Translations under genes and position numbers: made by a program | The notes under the pieces: generated by a model | The model's input: only the letters and a program-made list of their open reading frames with translations | The model's database searches: none | What the model was told of the DNA's origin: nothing | Shown: in pieces, positions 29,288-42,948 of the stretch | Position numbering within the stretch: position 1 is the stretch's first letter | Layout of the letters: each line of letters begins with the position of its first letter | Origin: an uncultured Solirubrobacterales bacterium | Lineage (GTDB): Bacteria > Actinomycetota > Thermoleophilia > Solirubrobacterales > 70-9 | DNA: 64,000 nucleotides | Direction of reading: 5' to 3' | Assembly (NCBI GenBank): GCA_963829445.1 | Contig: CAWHIW010000017.1 | Location: forward strand, 89,225 to 153,224

Positions 29288-30117
29288 ATGGAACTTGCCG
29301 GCCGCAAAGCACTACTCACTGGCGCCACTGGCGGCCTCGGCAGAGCGATCGCCAAGGCGCTGGCCGAGCGCGGCGCGACGCTGGTCCTCAGCGGCCGCAG
29401 CGCCGAGGCGCTCGAGAGCGATGGCGGCGGAGCTGCCCGGCGACGGCCACCGCGTCGTCCCCTCCGACCTCGCCCAGCCGGGCGCGGCCGAGAAGCTGGC
29501 CGCGGAGGCCGGCGCCGTCGACGCCCTCGTCGCCAACGCCGGCCTGCCCGGCACCGGGCGCCTGCCCGACTTCACGCCCGAGGAGCTGACCGGCGCGCCT
29601 GCGGGTCAACCTCGAGGCGCCGATGCTGCTCGCCCGGGCGCTGGAGCCGGGGATGCTCGAGCGCGGCTCCGGCCACATGGTCTTCGTCTCCTCGCTCTCG
29701 GGCAAGTCGGCGACGCCGCTCTCCTCCGTCTACAACGCGACCAAGTTCGGCCTGCGCGGCTTCGCCCTCGGCCTGCGCGCCGACCTCGACCCGCTCGGCG
29801 TCGGCGTCTCGATCGTCTCCCCGGGGACGATCCGCGAAGCCGGCATGTACGCCGACTCCGGCGCGCCCGCCGATCACCGGCCTCGGCACCGGCTCCCCGC
29901 AGCAGGTCGCCGCCGCCGTGCTCAAGGCGATCGAGCAGAACAAGGTCGAGGTCGCCGTGGCCCCGGTCCAGCAGCGCTTCCTCGCCCACTTCGCCCTGAC
30001 CAGCCCCGGCATCGCGGTCAAGATCGCCAGCGGCGGCGCCGGCCAGAAGGCGGCCGCGGAAGTCGCCGCCGGGCAGAAGAGACAAGAGGTAGAGACGACG
30101 ACCTTGGAGGCATCCCG

Positions 30118-30121
<4 letters not shown>
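29288..30121 (+). CDS. Short-chain dehydrogenase/reductase (SDR) (at least 3 frame breaks)
   Basis: [15 protein letters not shown] motif (LVANAGL) and catalytic [13 protein letters not shown], spread over ORFs 29276.., 29283.. and 29623... The stop overlaps the acn ATG (ATGA). Confidence 0.8.
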
Positions 30122-32935
<2,814 letters not shown>

Positions 32936-33182
32936 CAGTAGCAGCATCGCTCGACGCCTCACAGGCGAGCGTCGCGGCCGCCCCGACGCCGCCTGCGAGG
33001 CGTAGGGGTGCAGCGGGGCCGCGGGAGGCAGGGGGGTCCGCGCGACCCTCACTGCACCAGCGCGTCGGTAGCCAGGGAGGGATGCCGACGCGGCCGTTCC
33101 CCTGGACGGGACTGCCCAAAGGAACAGTCACCGACTAGCTATACCGCGTCGAACCCGCTGCGGTCAAGCGCAATCGACTGGT

Positions 33183-33497
33183 TTAGGAGGGATCGGCCGC
33201 GCTTTGGGCACGATCGGAGTCCTCCGTGGCCGGATCGGCCACTCCCCAGCCCTTGCGCTCGATCAGTTCGATCCCGATCACGCTGCCGACCGGGCCGACC
33301 GGGGTGAGGGTCGCGGCGAGCAGGGTGTAGGGCGCCTCGCGCCGCACGCAGGCGATCCAGATGACGATGCAGAGGGCGACGAAGCCGAGCCCGTGCGCCC
33401 ACCCGAACAGCATCGTCTCGGTGTCGAAGCCCGGCAGCAGCCAGAAGACGATCAGGCCGGCGAAGATCGCCAGCTCGACCCAGGAGAGCCGCTTCAC
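33183..33497 (-). CDS. DUF3817-like small membrane protein
   Basis: Intact 104-aa ORF with 3 TM segments and the GWAHGLGFV motif. Confidence 0.65.
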   Translation of the reverse strand: MKRLSWVELAIFAGLIVFWLLPGFDTETMLFGWAHGLGFVALCIVIWIACVRREAPYTLLAATLTPVGPVGSVIGIELIERKGWGVADPATEDSDRAQSAADPS

Positions 33498-33555
33498 CCA
33501 GACGAACAGGCGCCCGGGGACGGGCTTCTCGAACGGCGAGCGCGGGCACCGGCCG

Positions 33556-36500
33556 TCAGGCGCCGGGTGTGAGCGCGGTGAGGACGATGCGCTCCTGCTC
33601 GAGCACGTGGGCGCCGGAGTAGCCCTCGCCGGTGCTGGCCCGGCCCTGGCGGCCGATGTAGGTGAGCTCGACGCCCTCGGGCAGCAGCTCGGGCAGGCGC
33701 CGCGACATCACCTTCCAGGCGCCCATGTTGCGCGGCTCCTCCTGGACCCAGGCGATCTCCTTCAGGTTCGGGTAGGAGGCGATCAGCGCTTCCAGCTGTT
33801 CCTTGGCGAACGGGTAGAGCATCTCGACCCGGGCGATCGCGACGTTCTCGGCGTCCTCGCGGCGCTCGCTGGCGTCGATGTCGTAGTAGACCTTGCCGGT
33901 GCAGAGGACCAGGCGCTCGACCTTCTCGCGCCGGTCCTTCGCCTTCGGGTCGTCGAGGATGAAGTGGAAGTGGCCCTCGGTCAGCTCCTCGAGGCTGGAG
34001 GTCGGCGCGGTCGAGCCGCAGCAGCCCCTTCGGGGTGAAGACGATCAGCGGCCGCGGCTTGCGGATCAGCGCCTGGCGGCGCAGCAGGTGGAAGTACTGG
34101 GCGGCGGTGGTCGGGTTGGCGATGCGGATGTTGCCCTCGGCGCCGAGGGCGAGGAAGCGCTCGATGCGGGCGCTGGAGTGCTCCGGGCCCGAGCCCTCGT
34201 AGCCGTGCGGCAGCAGCAGGGTGAGGCGGCTGGTCTGGCCCCACTTCGACTCGCCGGAGACGATGAAGCTGTCGATGATCACCTGGCCGGCGTTGGCGAA
34301 GTCGCCGAACTGGGCCTCCCAGAGGACCAGCGAGTTGGGCGAGGCGGCCGAGTAGCCGTACTCGAAGCCGAGGCAGGCGATCTCCGAGAGCGGGCTGTTG
34401 TAGAGCTCGAACGGGGCGGAGGCGTCCTCGAGGTTCTGCATCGGCGTGTACTCGAGGCCGGTGTTCTCGTCGTGGAGGACGAGGTGGCGGTGGGAGAAGG
34501 TGCCGCGCTCGGTGTCCTGGCCGGTGAGGCGGACGTGGACGCCCTCGGTCAGCAGCGAGGCGAAGGCGAGCGCCTCGGCCTGGCCGAAGTCGATCCCGCC
34601 CTGCTCGATCGCCTCGATCCGCTTCGAGAGCGGGCGGCGCAGCTTGCGGTGGACGTTGAAGCCGTCCGGCGTCCGCAGCAGTTCCTCGTTCAGCGCGCGC
34701 AGCTTCTCGGCCTCGACCGCGGTGTCGACCGGCGGGCTGGCGGTGCGGTCGAGCAGTTCGCCGGTGCTGGCTGGTCGTGGTCACCGTCGGGTCCTCGTAC
34801 TCGCCCGACTCCATCTTCTCGCGCAGCTCCTTCAGCGCCGCCGCCATCTCCTCGCGGCGCTGCTCGGAGGCGTGGCCGACGTCCTCGGCCGAGATCGTCC
34901 CCTCGCCGATCAGCTTCTCGGCGTAGATCTCGGAGACCGGCGGGTGCGCCTTGATCTTCGCCGCCATCGCCGGCTGCGTGTAGGCGGGCTCGTCGGTCTC
35001 GTTGTGGCCGAAGCGGCGGTAGCCGATCACGTCGATGACGATGTCGCGGCCCCAGCGCTCGCGGTAGGCCATCGCCAGCCGCACCGCCGCCGAGCAGGCC
35101 TCGACGTCGTCGGCGTTGACGTGGATGATCGGGACGTTGAAGCCCTTCGCCATGTCGGCCGCGTAGGGGGTCGAGCGGGCGTCCTCGGGGTCGGTGGTGA
35201 AGCCGACCTGGTTGTTCTGGATGACGTGGATCGTGCCGCCGGTGCTGTAGCCCTTCAGCGCCTGCAGGTTGAGCGTCTCGGCGACGACCCCCTGGGCGGG
35301 GAAGGCGGCGTCGCCGTGCAGCAGCACCGGCACCGCCCGCTTCGGGTCGTGGGTCAGCGCCGGGCCCTCGAAGTCGGACTGGAGGAAGCGGGCGCCGCCG
35401 GTGACGACCGGGTCGACGAACTCGAGGTGGCTCGGGTTCGGGTAGAGGCGGACCGAGATCTTCTCGCCCTCGGAGGTCTCGTAGACCCCGCGGTGGCCGT
35501 AGTGGTACTTGACGTCGCCGGTGCCGCCGTGCGGGATCCCGGCCAGCGCCTTGACCGCGCCGAGCCGCTTGGAGCCCTCGAACTCGGCCAGGATCGACTC
35601 GACCGGGCGGCCGAGGTTGTGGGCGAGGACGCTGAGGCGGCCGCGGTGGGCCATCCCGAAGACGACCTCCTCGGCGCCGGCGCGGCCGGAGAGTGTGACC
35701 AGCTCGTCGAGCATCGGCACGACCACGTCGAGGCCCTCGATCGAGAACATCTTCTGGCCCAGGTAGGCCTTCTCGAGGAAGCGCTCGAACTGGAAGACGT
35801 CGATCAGGCGCTCCAGCAGGCGCCGTTTCTCGGCGTCGGTGAGCGGCTGGCGGTGGGCGCCGGTCTCGATCATCTCGCGCAGCCAGATCCGCTGCTGGTG
35901 CGAGGAGAGGTGCTCGACCTGGTAGGCGATCGTGCCGCAGTAGGTCTCGCGCATCCGCGGCAGCGCCTCCAGCAGCGTTTCGCCGGGGACGCCGATGCGC
36001 AGGATCGAGGCCGGGATCCGGGCCATCAGCTCCGGCGTCAGGTTGACGTTCTCGGGCTGCAGCGCCGGGTCGCCCTTGGGCTCGGAGCCGAGCGGGTCGA
36101 GGTGGGCGGCGAGGTGGCCGTGGGTGCGGTAGGCCTTGAGCAGCGAGGTCGCCGCCTGGACCGCCTGCAGCAGCTCTTCGTCGACTTCGCCCGGGGCGGT
36201 GCTCGGTTCGGCGCTGGGGGCGGCGACGGCGGCGCTGACGGCGGCGCCGAGCGGCGGCGCCGAGGCGGAGGCGGGGTGGGCGTTGGTGATGCCGGCGGCC
36301 TCGATGCCGAGGTCGGCGGCGACCTTCTCGTAGAACTCGTCCTCGCCCTGCAGCAGCTGCTCGACCCGTTTCAGGAAGGCGCCCGACTCGGCCCCCTGGA
36401 TCACCCGGTGGTCGTAGGTCGAGGTCATCGTCATCACCTTCGAGACCCCGAGCTGCTTCAGCCGTTCCGGCGAGGCGTGCAGCCACTCCGGCGGGTAGGC

Positions 36501-37620
36501 GATCGAGCCGGTGGCGATGATCGCGCTCTGGCCGCTCAGCAGCCGCGGCACCGAGGCGACGGTGCCGACCCCGCCCGGGTTGGTGAGGGAGATGTTGGTG
36601 CCCTGGAAGTCGTCGGCGGTGAGCTTGTTCTCGCGCGTCTTCGCGATCAGCTCTTCGAAGTTGGAGTGGAAGCCGGCGAAGTCGAGCCCGTCGGACCCCT
36701 TGATCGCCGGCACCATCAGCGTGTGCGAGCCGTCCTTCTTCTCGACGTCGACCGCGATCCCGAGGTTGACCGGCCCGTTCTCGATCGCGATACGGCTTGC
36801 CGTCCCGCTCCGCGAACGTCCGCACCATCACCGGGAAGTCTTTGGTCGCCTCGACGATCGCCCAGGCGACCAGGTGGGTGAAGGAGACCTTCAACCCGCG
36901 CTCCTTCAGCACGACGTTGATCGCCTTCCGTTTCGCGTCCAAGCGTGTCGACCGCGATCGTCCGGAACGAAGTCGCCGTCGGAACCGCCCGGCTCTCATC
37001 CATCGCCTTGGCCAGCATCGCCGCGGGCCCCCGCAGCGCCTTCTCCTCACCGGCGCTCGCGGCGGCGGCGGTCCCGTTGCCGCTCCCCGCGGCCAGCACG
37101 TCCTCCTTGGTGACCTTCGCCCCGGGGCCACTCCCGCTCACCGAAGCAAGATCGACGCCGGTCGCTTCCGCAACCCTCCGCGCAACGGGCGTCGCGCTGC
37201 ACATCGGCGCTCCCGTTGCCCGAGCCGCGCCTTGGTCCCTCCGCCGTTTCCGGCGCCCACCTGCGGGTGGCCAGGGGGAGAGTCCGAGAACGAAGCCACG
37301 TCCTCGCCCGCAGGAGTCTCCCCCCGGCCAGGCCCCGCAGCTGAGGCCTGCGAACCCTCGGAGGAGCCCTCACCAGCTTCCATCTCAGCCATCGGCGCCC
37401 CGACCGGCACCTCGTCGTCCACCGCCACGAGCAGTTTCGTGATCACGCCGTCCATCGGCGCCGGAACCTCGGCGTCGACCTTGTCGGTGGAGACCTCGAC
37501 GACGGTGTCGCCCTCGTTGACGAAGTCGCCCTCGGCGACGTGCCACTCGAGGACGATCCCCTCGGTCACCGACTCGCCCATCTCAGGCATTGCGATTTGC
37601 ACGGTGGCCGTCTCTGCCAT
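33556..37620 (-). CDS. kgd: Multifunctional 2-oxoglutarate dehydrogenase: lipoyl domain + PSBD + E2o catalytic domain fused to E1o (Kgd/OdhA-like; at least 5 frame breaks)
   Basis: Lipoyl motif [13 protein letters not shown] (about 37620-37390) and [37 protein letters not shown] (about 37195-37088). The acyltransferase domain has [15 protein letters not shown] (about 37036-36300) and is contiguous in-frame with E1o ([48 protein letters not shown]). Confidence 0.85.
37269..37329 (-). repeat. Family B conserved-loop hairpin, copy B3 (inside the kgd linker, sense orientation)
   Basis: The minus strand reads GGCCGGGGGGAGACTCC-TGCGGGCGAGGACGTGGCTTCGTTCTC-GGACTCTCCCCCTGGCC. 15 of 17 stem positions pair, and the loop ends match B1/B2. 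Confidence 0.6.
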
Positions 37621-37676
37621 TTCTGTGTCTGAGTCTATGAAACTGGGCGAGTGAGCTTCGCGGTCGAGGTAGGCTG

Positions 37677-39673
37677 ATGGCGATGAACTACTTCGTCACC
37701 GGCGCAACCGGGTTCATCGGCCGTCACCTGGTCGAGCGCCTGCTGCAGCGCGAGGGCACGATCTACGCGCTTGTGCGGGCCGGATCGCGCGGCCGCCTGG
37801 AGGAGCTGCGGACCAGCTGGGGAGCCGACGGGGCGCGCATCGTCCCGGTCGCGGGCGATCTCTCCCAGCCCAGCCTCGGCGTCTCCGAGGAGGACCTGGT
37901 GGCGATGCGCGGCGAGGTCGACCACTTCTTCCACCTGGCGGCGATCTACGACATCACCGCCGGCGCCGAAGCGCAGGAGATCGCCAACGTCGAGGGGACC
38001 AGGCACGCGGTCGAGCTCGCCGGCGCGATCGAGGCCGGCTGCTTCCACCAGGTCAGCTCGATCGCCGCCGCCGGCCTCTACAGGGGCGAGTGGCGCGAGG
38101 ACATGTTCGACGAGGCCGAACGGCTGGACACCAACCCCTACTTCCGCACCAAGCACGAGTCCGAGCGGCTGGTCCGCGAGGAATGCCCGCGGCCCTGGCG
38201 CGTCTACCGGCCGGGGATCGTGGTCGGCGACTCGCGCACCGGTGAGATCGACAAGATCGACGGGCCCTACTACTTCTTCAAGGCGCTGCAGCGGGCGCGG
38301 CGGGTGCTGCCCTCGTGGCTGCCGACGGTCGGGGTCGAAGGTGGCGAGATCAACATCGTCCCGGTCGACTACGTCGCCGCCGCGATCGACCACATCGCCC
38401 ACAAGCCGAAGCTCAACGGCCGCGCCTTCCACCTCACCGACCCCAACCCGAAGACCGCGGGCGAGGTCGTCAACCTCTTCGCCAAGGCGGCCGACGCGCC
38501 GCAGATGACGGTGCGGCTGGGGCTCGACGTGACCGAGCCGGCGACCGGCCTGGCGCGGACGGCGCTGAAGTTCTTCCCGCCGGCGAAGCGCGGGCTGAAG
38601 CTGGCGCTGAGCCAGCTCGACCTGCCGGCCGACGTCCTCACCTACGTCGACTACCCGACCAGCTTCGACTCGACCCAGGCCCAGAAAGCGCTGAAGGGCT
38701 CGGGGATCGAGGTGCCGCCGCTGGAGAGCTACGCGGCCAAGGTCTGGGACTACTGGGAGCGCAACCTCGATCCCGGCCTGTTCAAGGACCGCTCGCTCTC
38801 GGGCGCGGTGCGGGGCAAGATCATCCTCATCACCGGTGCCTCCTCGGGGATCGGCAAAGCGACCGCGGTCAAGGTCGCCGACGCCGGCGCCACGGTGCTG
38901 CTGGTCGCCCGCTCGGTCGAGAAGCTGGAGGAGACCCGCGACGAGATCGTCGCCGCCGGCGGCTCCGCCCACATCCACCGCTGCGACATGGCCGACATCG
39001 AGGACATCGAGCGGATGGCGGAGGAGGTGCTGGCCTACCACGGCCACGTCGACATCCTCGTCAACAACGCCGGCCGCTCGATCCGCCGCTCGGTCGCGCT
39101 CTCCTACGACCGCTTCCACGACTACGAGCGGACGATCCAGCTCAACTACCTCGGCGCCCTGCGCCTGATCCTGGCCCTGCTGCCGACGATGCGCGCCCGC
39201 AAGCGGGCCACATCATCAACATCAGCTCGATCGGGACCCAGACCAACCCGCCGCGCTTCTCCGCCTACGTCGCCTCGAAGGCGGCGCTGGACGCCTTCAG
39301 CCGGGTGATCGCCTCGGAGATGGTCGAAGACAAGATCCACATCACCACGATCAACATGCCGCTGGTGCGGACGCCGATGATCGCGCCGACGCGGATGTAC
39401 GACATGTTCCCGGCGATCACGCCCGAGGAGGCGGCGGAGATGATCGCCAAGGCGATGGTGACGCGGCCGAAGAAGGTGGCGACCAAACTCGGCAACTTCG
39501 GCGAGCTGCTCTACGCGGTGACGCCCAAGGTCAGCGACAAAATCCTCAACACCGCCTACAAGCTCTTCCCCGACTCGCAGGCCGCCAAGGGCAAAGGCGA
39601 CGAGGCGCGCGACAAGGCGCCCTCGACCGAGGCGGTCGCCTTCGCGCATCTCATGAAAGGCGTCCATTGGTAG
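37677..39673 (+). CDS. Two-domain fatty acyl-CoA reductase (FcrA/Maqu_2507-type: NAD-epimerase-like reductase + SDR) (one frame break at about 39205)
   Basis: N-terminal VTGATGFIGRHL and YFRTKHESE. A second Rossmann motif ITGASSGIGKA and YVASKAAL follow. A single missing G in a G-run (AAGCGGGCCAC) accounts for the break. Confidence 0.85.
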
Positions 39674-39693
39674 CACCCGGCCGGGCGGGGCCT

Positions 39694-39751
39694 GGCCCGG
39701 TGGGGCAGGCCTGCGGGCGAGGTGTTCGTTCTCGGCCTGCCCCACCGGGCC
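39694..39751 (+). repeat. Family B conserved-loop hairpin, copy B2 (intergenic between FAR and AGPS-like genes)
   Basis: GGCCCGGTGGGGCAGGCC-TGCGGGCGAGGTGTTCGTTCTC-GGCCTGCCCCACCGGGCC, a perfect 18-bp stem. Confidence 0.65.
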
Positions 39752-39809
39752 ACCCACCCGGAGGGGCGCTATCAGTGGACTTTCAGAGACGACCTCGGCG
39801 TCGAAGCTG

Positions 39810-41451
39810 ATGAGCTCGGGACGGCGGCTCAAGCACTGGGGTTGGGGGTACGAGGACCAGACGCCGACCGCGACGCAGATGCGGGAGGCGGCGGAAGGGA
39901 TCCGGGCGCGGTTCGGGTTCGGCGGCGAGGTCGAGAAGCCGGTGCCGCTGGAGGAGGTGGAGCTGCGGGAGGCGCGGCTGAAGGCGCCGGAGCGGTTCGG
40001 GGACCTGTTCTCGGACGGGCGCTACGAGCGGGTCTCGCACGCGCTGGGCAAGTCCTACCGCGACGTCGTCCAGGGCTTCTACGGGCGCTTCCCCAACCCG
40101 CCGGACCTGGTCGCCTTCCCGCGCGACGAGTCGGAGATCGAGACGGTGCTGAGCTGGGCCGAGGCCGAGGGCGCGGCGGTGATCCCCTTCGGCGGCGGCA
40201 CCAGCGTCGTCGGCGGGGTCGAGCCGCGGCTGGGCGAGCGGCCGGTGGTGACGATGGACCTGCGGCGGCTGGACCGGGTGCTCGAGGTCGACCCGGAGTC
40301 GCTGGCGGCGCGGATCCAGGCCGGGGCGACCGGGCCGGGGCTGGAAGAGCAGCTGCGCGAGCACGGGCTGACCCTGCGCCACTTCCCGCAGTCCTTCGAG
40401 TACGCGACCCTCGGCGGCTGGATCGCGACCCGGGCCGGCGGCCACTTCGCGACCCTGGAGACCCACATCGACGACCTGGTCGAGTCGGTGCGGGCGATCA
40501 CCCCGCGCGGGACCTGGGAGAGCCGGCGGCTGCCGGGCTCGGGCGCCGGCCCCTCGCCGGACCGGATGCTGATCGGCTCCGAGGGCATCCTCGGCGCGAT
40601 CGCCGAGGCCTGGGTGCGGGTGCGGCCCCGGCCCGAGTTCAAGCTCTCGCGCGGGGTCGAGTTCGGCGACTTCCATGGCGGCGGCGCGCGCGGTGCGCGA
40701 GATCGCCCAGTCCGGCCTGCACCCGGCCAACTGCCGCCTGCTCGACGCCTCCGAGGCGGAGCTGACCGGGGCCGGCGGCGGCGAGTCCAACCTGCTGATC
40801 CTCGGCTTCGAGTCCGCCCACCATCCCGTCGACGCCGCGATGGACCTGGCCCTGGAAATAGCCCGAAGCCCACGGCGGCACCCCCAACAGCCCGCCGACG
40901 GGCCTTAAACGTCCAAATGGGCGGACGATCGGCCCACCGACGGCGAGGACGGCGGGGTTGGGGCCTGGCGGGGGGCGTTCCTGCTGGCGCCTTATCTGCG
41001 CGACACGTTCGTGGCCTGCGGGGTGCTCTCGGAGACGTTCGAGACGGCGATCACCTGGGATCGCTTCGAGGAGTTCCACGCCAGCGTGATGGCGGCGGCG
41101 CGCAAGGCGGTGGCGGGGGTCAGCGGCGCGCCGGCCGAGGGCCCCGGCGCGCCGCGGGTCAGCTGCCGCTTCACCCACGCCTACCCCGATGGCGTCGCTC
41201 CCTACTTCACGATCCTGGCCCCGGCCGTGCGCGGCGGCGAGGTCGAGCAGTGGGACGAGATCAAGGCCGCGGTCTCCGAGGCGCTGATCGAGGGCGGCGG
41301 CACGATCACCCACCACCACGCCGTCGGCCGCGACCACCGCCCCTGGTACGACCGCCAGCGCCCCGCTCCCTTCGCCGCCGCCCTGCGTGCCGCCAAGGCC
41401 GAGCTCGACCCGGGAGCAGTGCTCAACCCGGGTGTCCTGATCGACCCTTGA
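39810..41451 (+). CDS. FAD-linked oxidase, alkyldihydroxyacetonephosphate synthase (AGPS)-like (at least 3 frame breaks)
   Basis: N-terminal LKHWGWGYED, FAD-binding PCMH region (VIPFGGGTSVVGG), SGAGPSPDRMLIGSEGILG and C-terminal ETAITWDRF...CRFTHAYPDGVAPYFT...HHHAVGRDHRPWY. Confidence 0.8.
40895..40941 (+). repeat. Family C hairpin repeat, copy C2 (inside the AGPS-like gene)
   Basis: CCGACGGGCCTTAAACGTCCAAATGGGCGGACGATCGGCCCACCGAC aligns with C1 and C3. It contains a TAA in one frame. Confidence 0.6.
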
Positions 41452-41600
41452 GGAGTGCGGCAGCCCTTTGGGTCGTATAGCGCCACAAAGGACTGCCGCA
41501 ACCATGGGCGGCCTTACAGATCGCTTACACGCGCCTGACCGGGGGCGAACTCGGCGGCCCGAGGATCGACTCGTCCAGTAAACGACGAGGAGGTCCAGAG

Positions 41601-42149
41601 ATGTTCCAATCAGCTCGAAAGCACATGCGGTCCGTCGCCATGCTCGGTATCGCCGCCGCGCTCGTGGTCGGCAGTGTCGCCGCTGCCCAGGGGGACTCGC
41701 AGAGCGGGTCCCAGAACGGTGGCCAGGAGGCCGGGAAACGCCCGCCCGGGCCGCCGCCGATGATCGGGATCGCGATGCAGGGCTTGACCTACGCCGAACT
41801 GCACGTGCTCAACAGGAGCGGCGAGGCGGAAACGCTGAGGATCGACCAGGGCAAGGTGAAGTCGGTGAGCGACAGCTCGATCACGTTGACCGCCAACGAC
41901 GACAGCGAAGTCACGGTCGCGGTCGACGATGACACCGAGGTGGTGGGCAAGCCGGGTGAGGACACCTCGGTCGCCGACCTCGAGACCGGCCAGCAGGTCA
42001 GTGTCACCGCTCCTGACGGCGAGGCGGCGCGGGCGATCATGGTGCTGCCGAAGAAAGGCGACATCGCCGCCGACTTCAAAGGCGGGCCGATGGGGCCGCC
42101 GCCGGGCGCACCCCCCGCGCTGGACGAATGGCGCGGCTCCGCCAAGTAG
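41601..42149 (+). CDS. Secreted protein of unknown function upstream of a two-component system
   Basis: Intact 182-aa ORF with a signal peptide (AAALVVGSVAAAQG) and Gly/Pro-rich flanks around a beta-rich core. Confidence 0.65.
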   Translation: MFQSARKHMRSVAMLGIAAALVVGSVAAAQGDSQSGSQNGGQEAGKRPPGPPPMIGIAMQGLTYAELHVLNRSGEAETLRIDQGKVKSVSDSSITLTANDDSEVTVAVDDDTEVVGKPGEDTSVADLETGQQVSVTAPDGEAARAIMVLPKKGDIAADFKGGPMGPPPGAPPALDEWRGSAK

Positions 42150-42175
42150 CCGACGCGTTACCGAGGCGGTGAGAC

Positions 42176-42231
42176 CCACGCGTATCCAAGTTTGTCCCCG
42201 CTATAGGAGGGACAAACTTGGGCACGCGTGG
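42176..42231. repeat. Family D hairpin, copy D2
   Basis: CCACGCGTATCCAAGTTTGTCCC-CGCTATAGGA-GGGACAAACTTGGGCACGCGTGG, between the secreted-protein gene and the response regulator. Confidence 0.5.
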
Positions 42232-42274
42232 AGTCGCCTCGCTCGACATCGCGGCTGGGCGCGAGACTAGGCAG

Positions 42275-42947
<673 letters not shown>

Positions 42948-42948
<1 letters not shown>

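Noticed and set aside
37047-37620. A gene boundary (separate sucB-like gene) within the 36700-37620 region of kgd.
   Set aside because: The PSBD and the start of the acyltransferase domain are in one ORF, and the rest of that domain is in-frame with E1o. The lipoyl-domain frame stays open across the junction. The discontinuities look like the same indel noise seen elsewhere. Uncertainty remains and is flagged in the finding.
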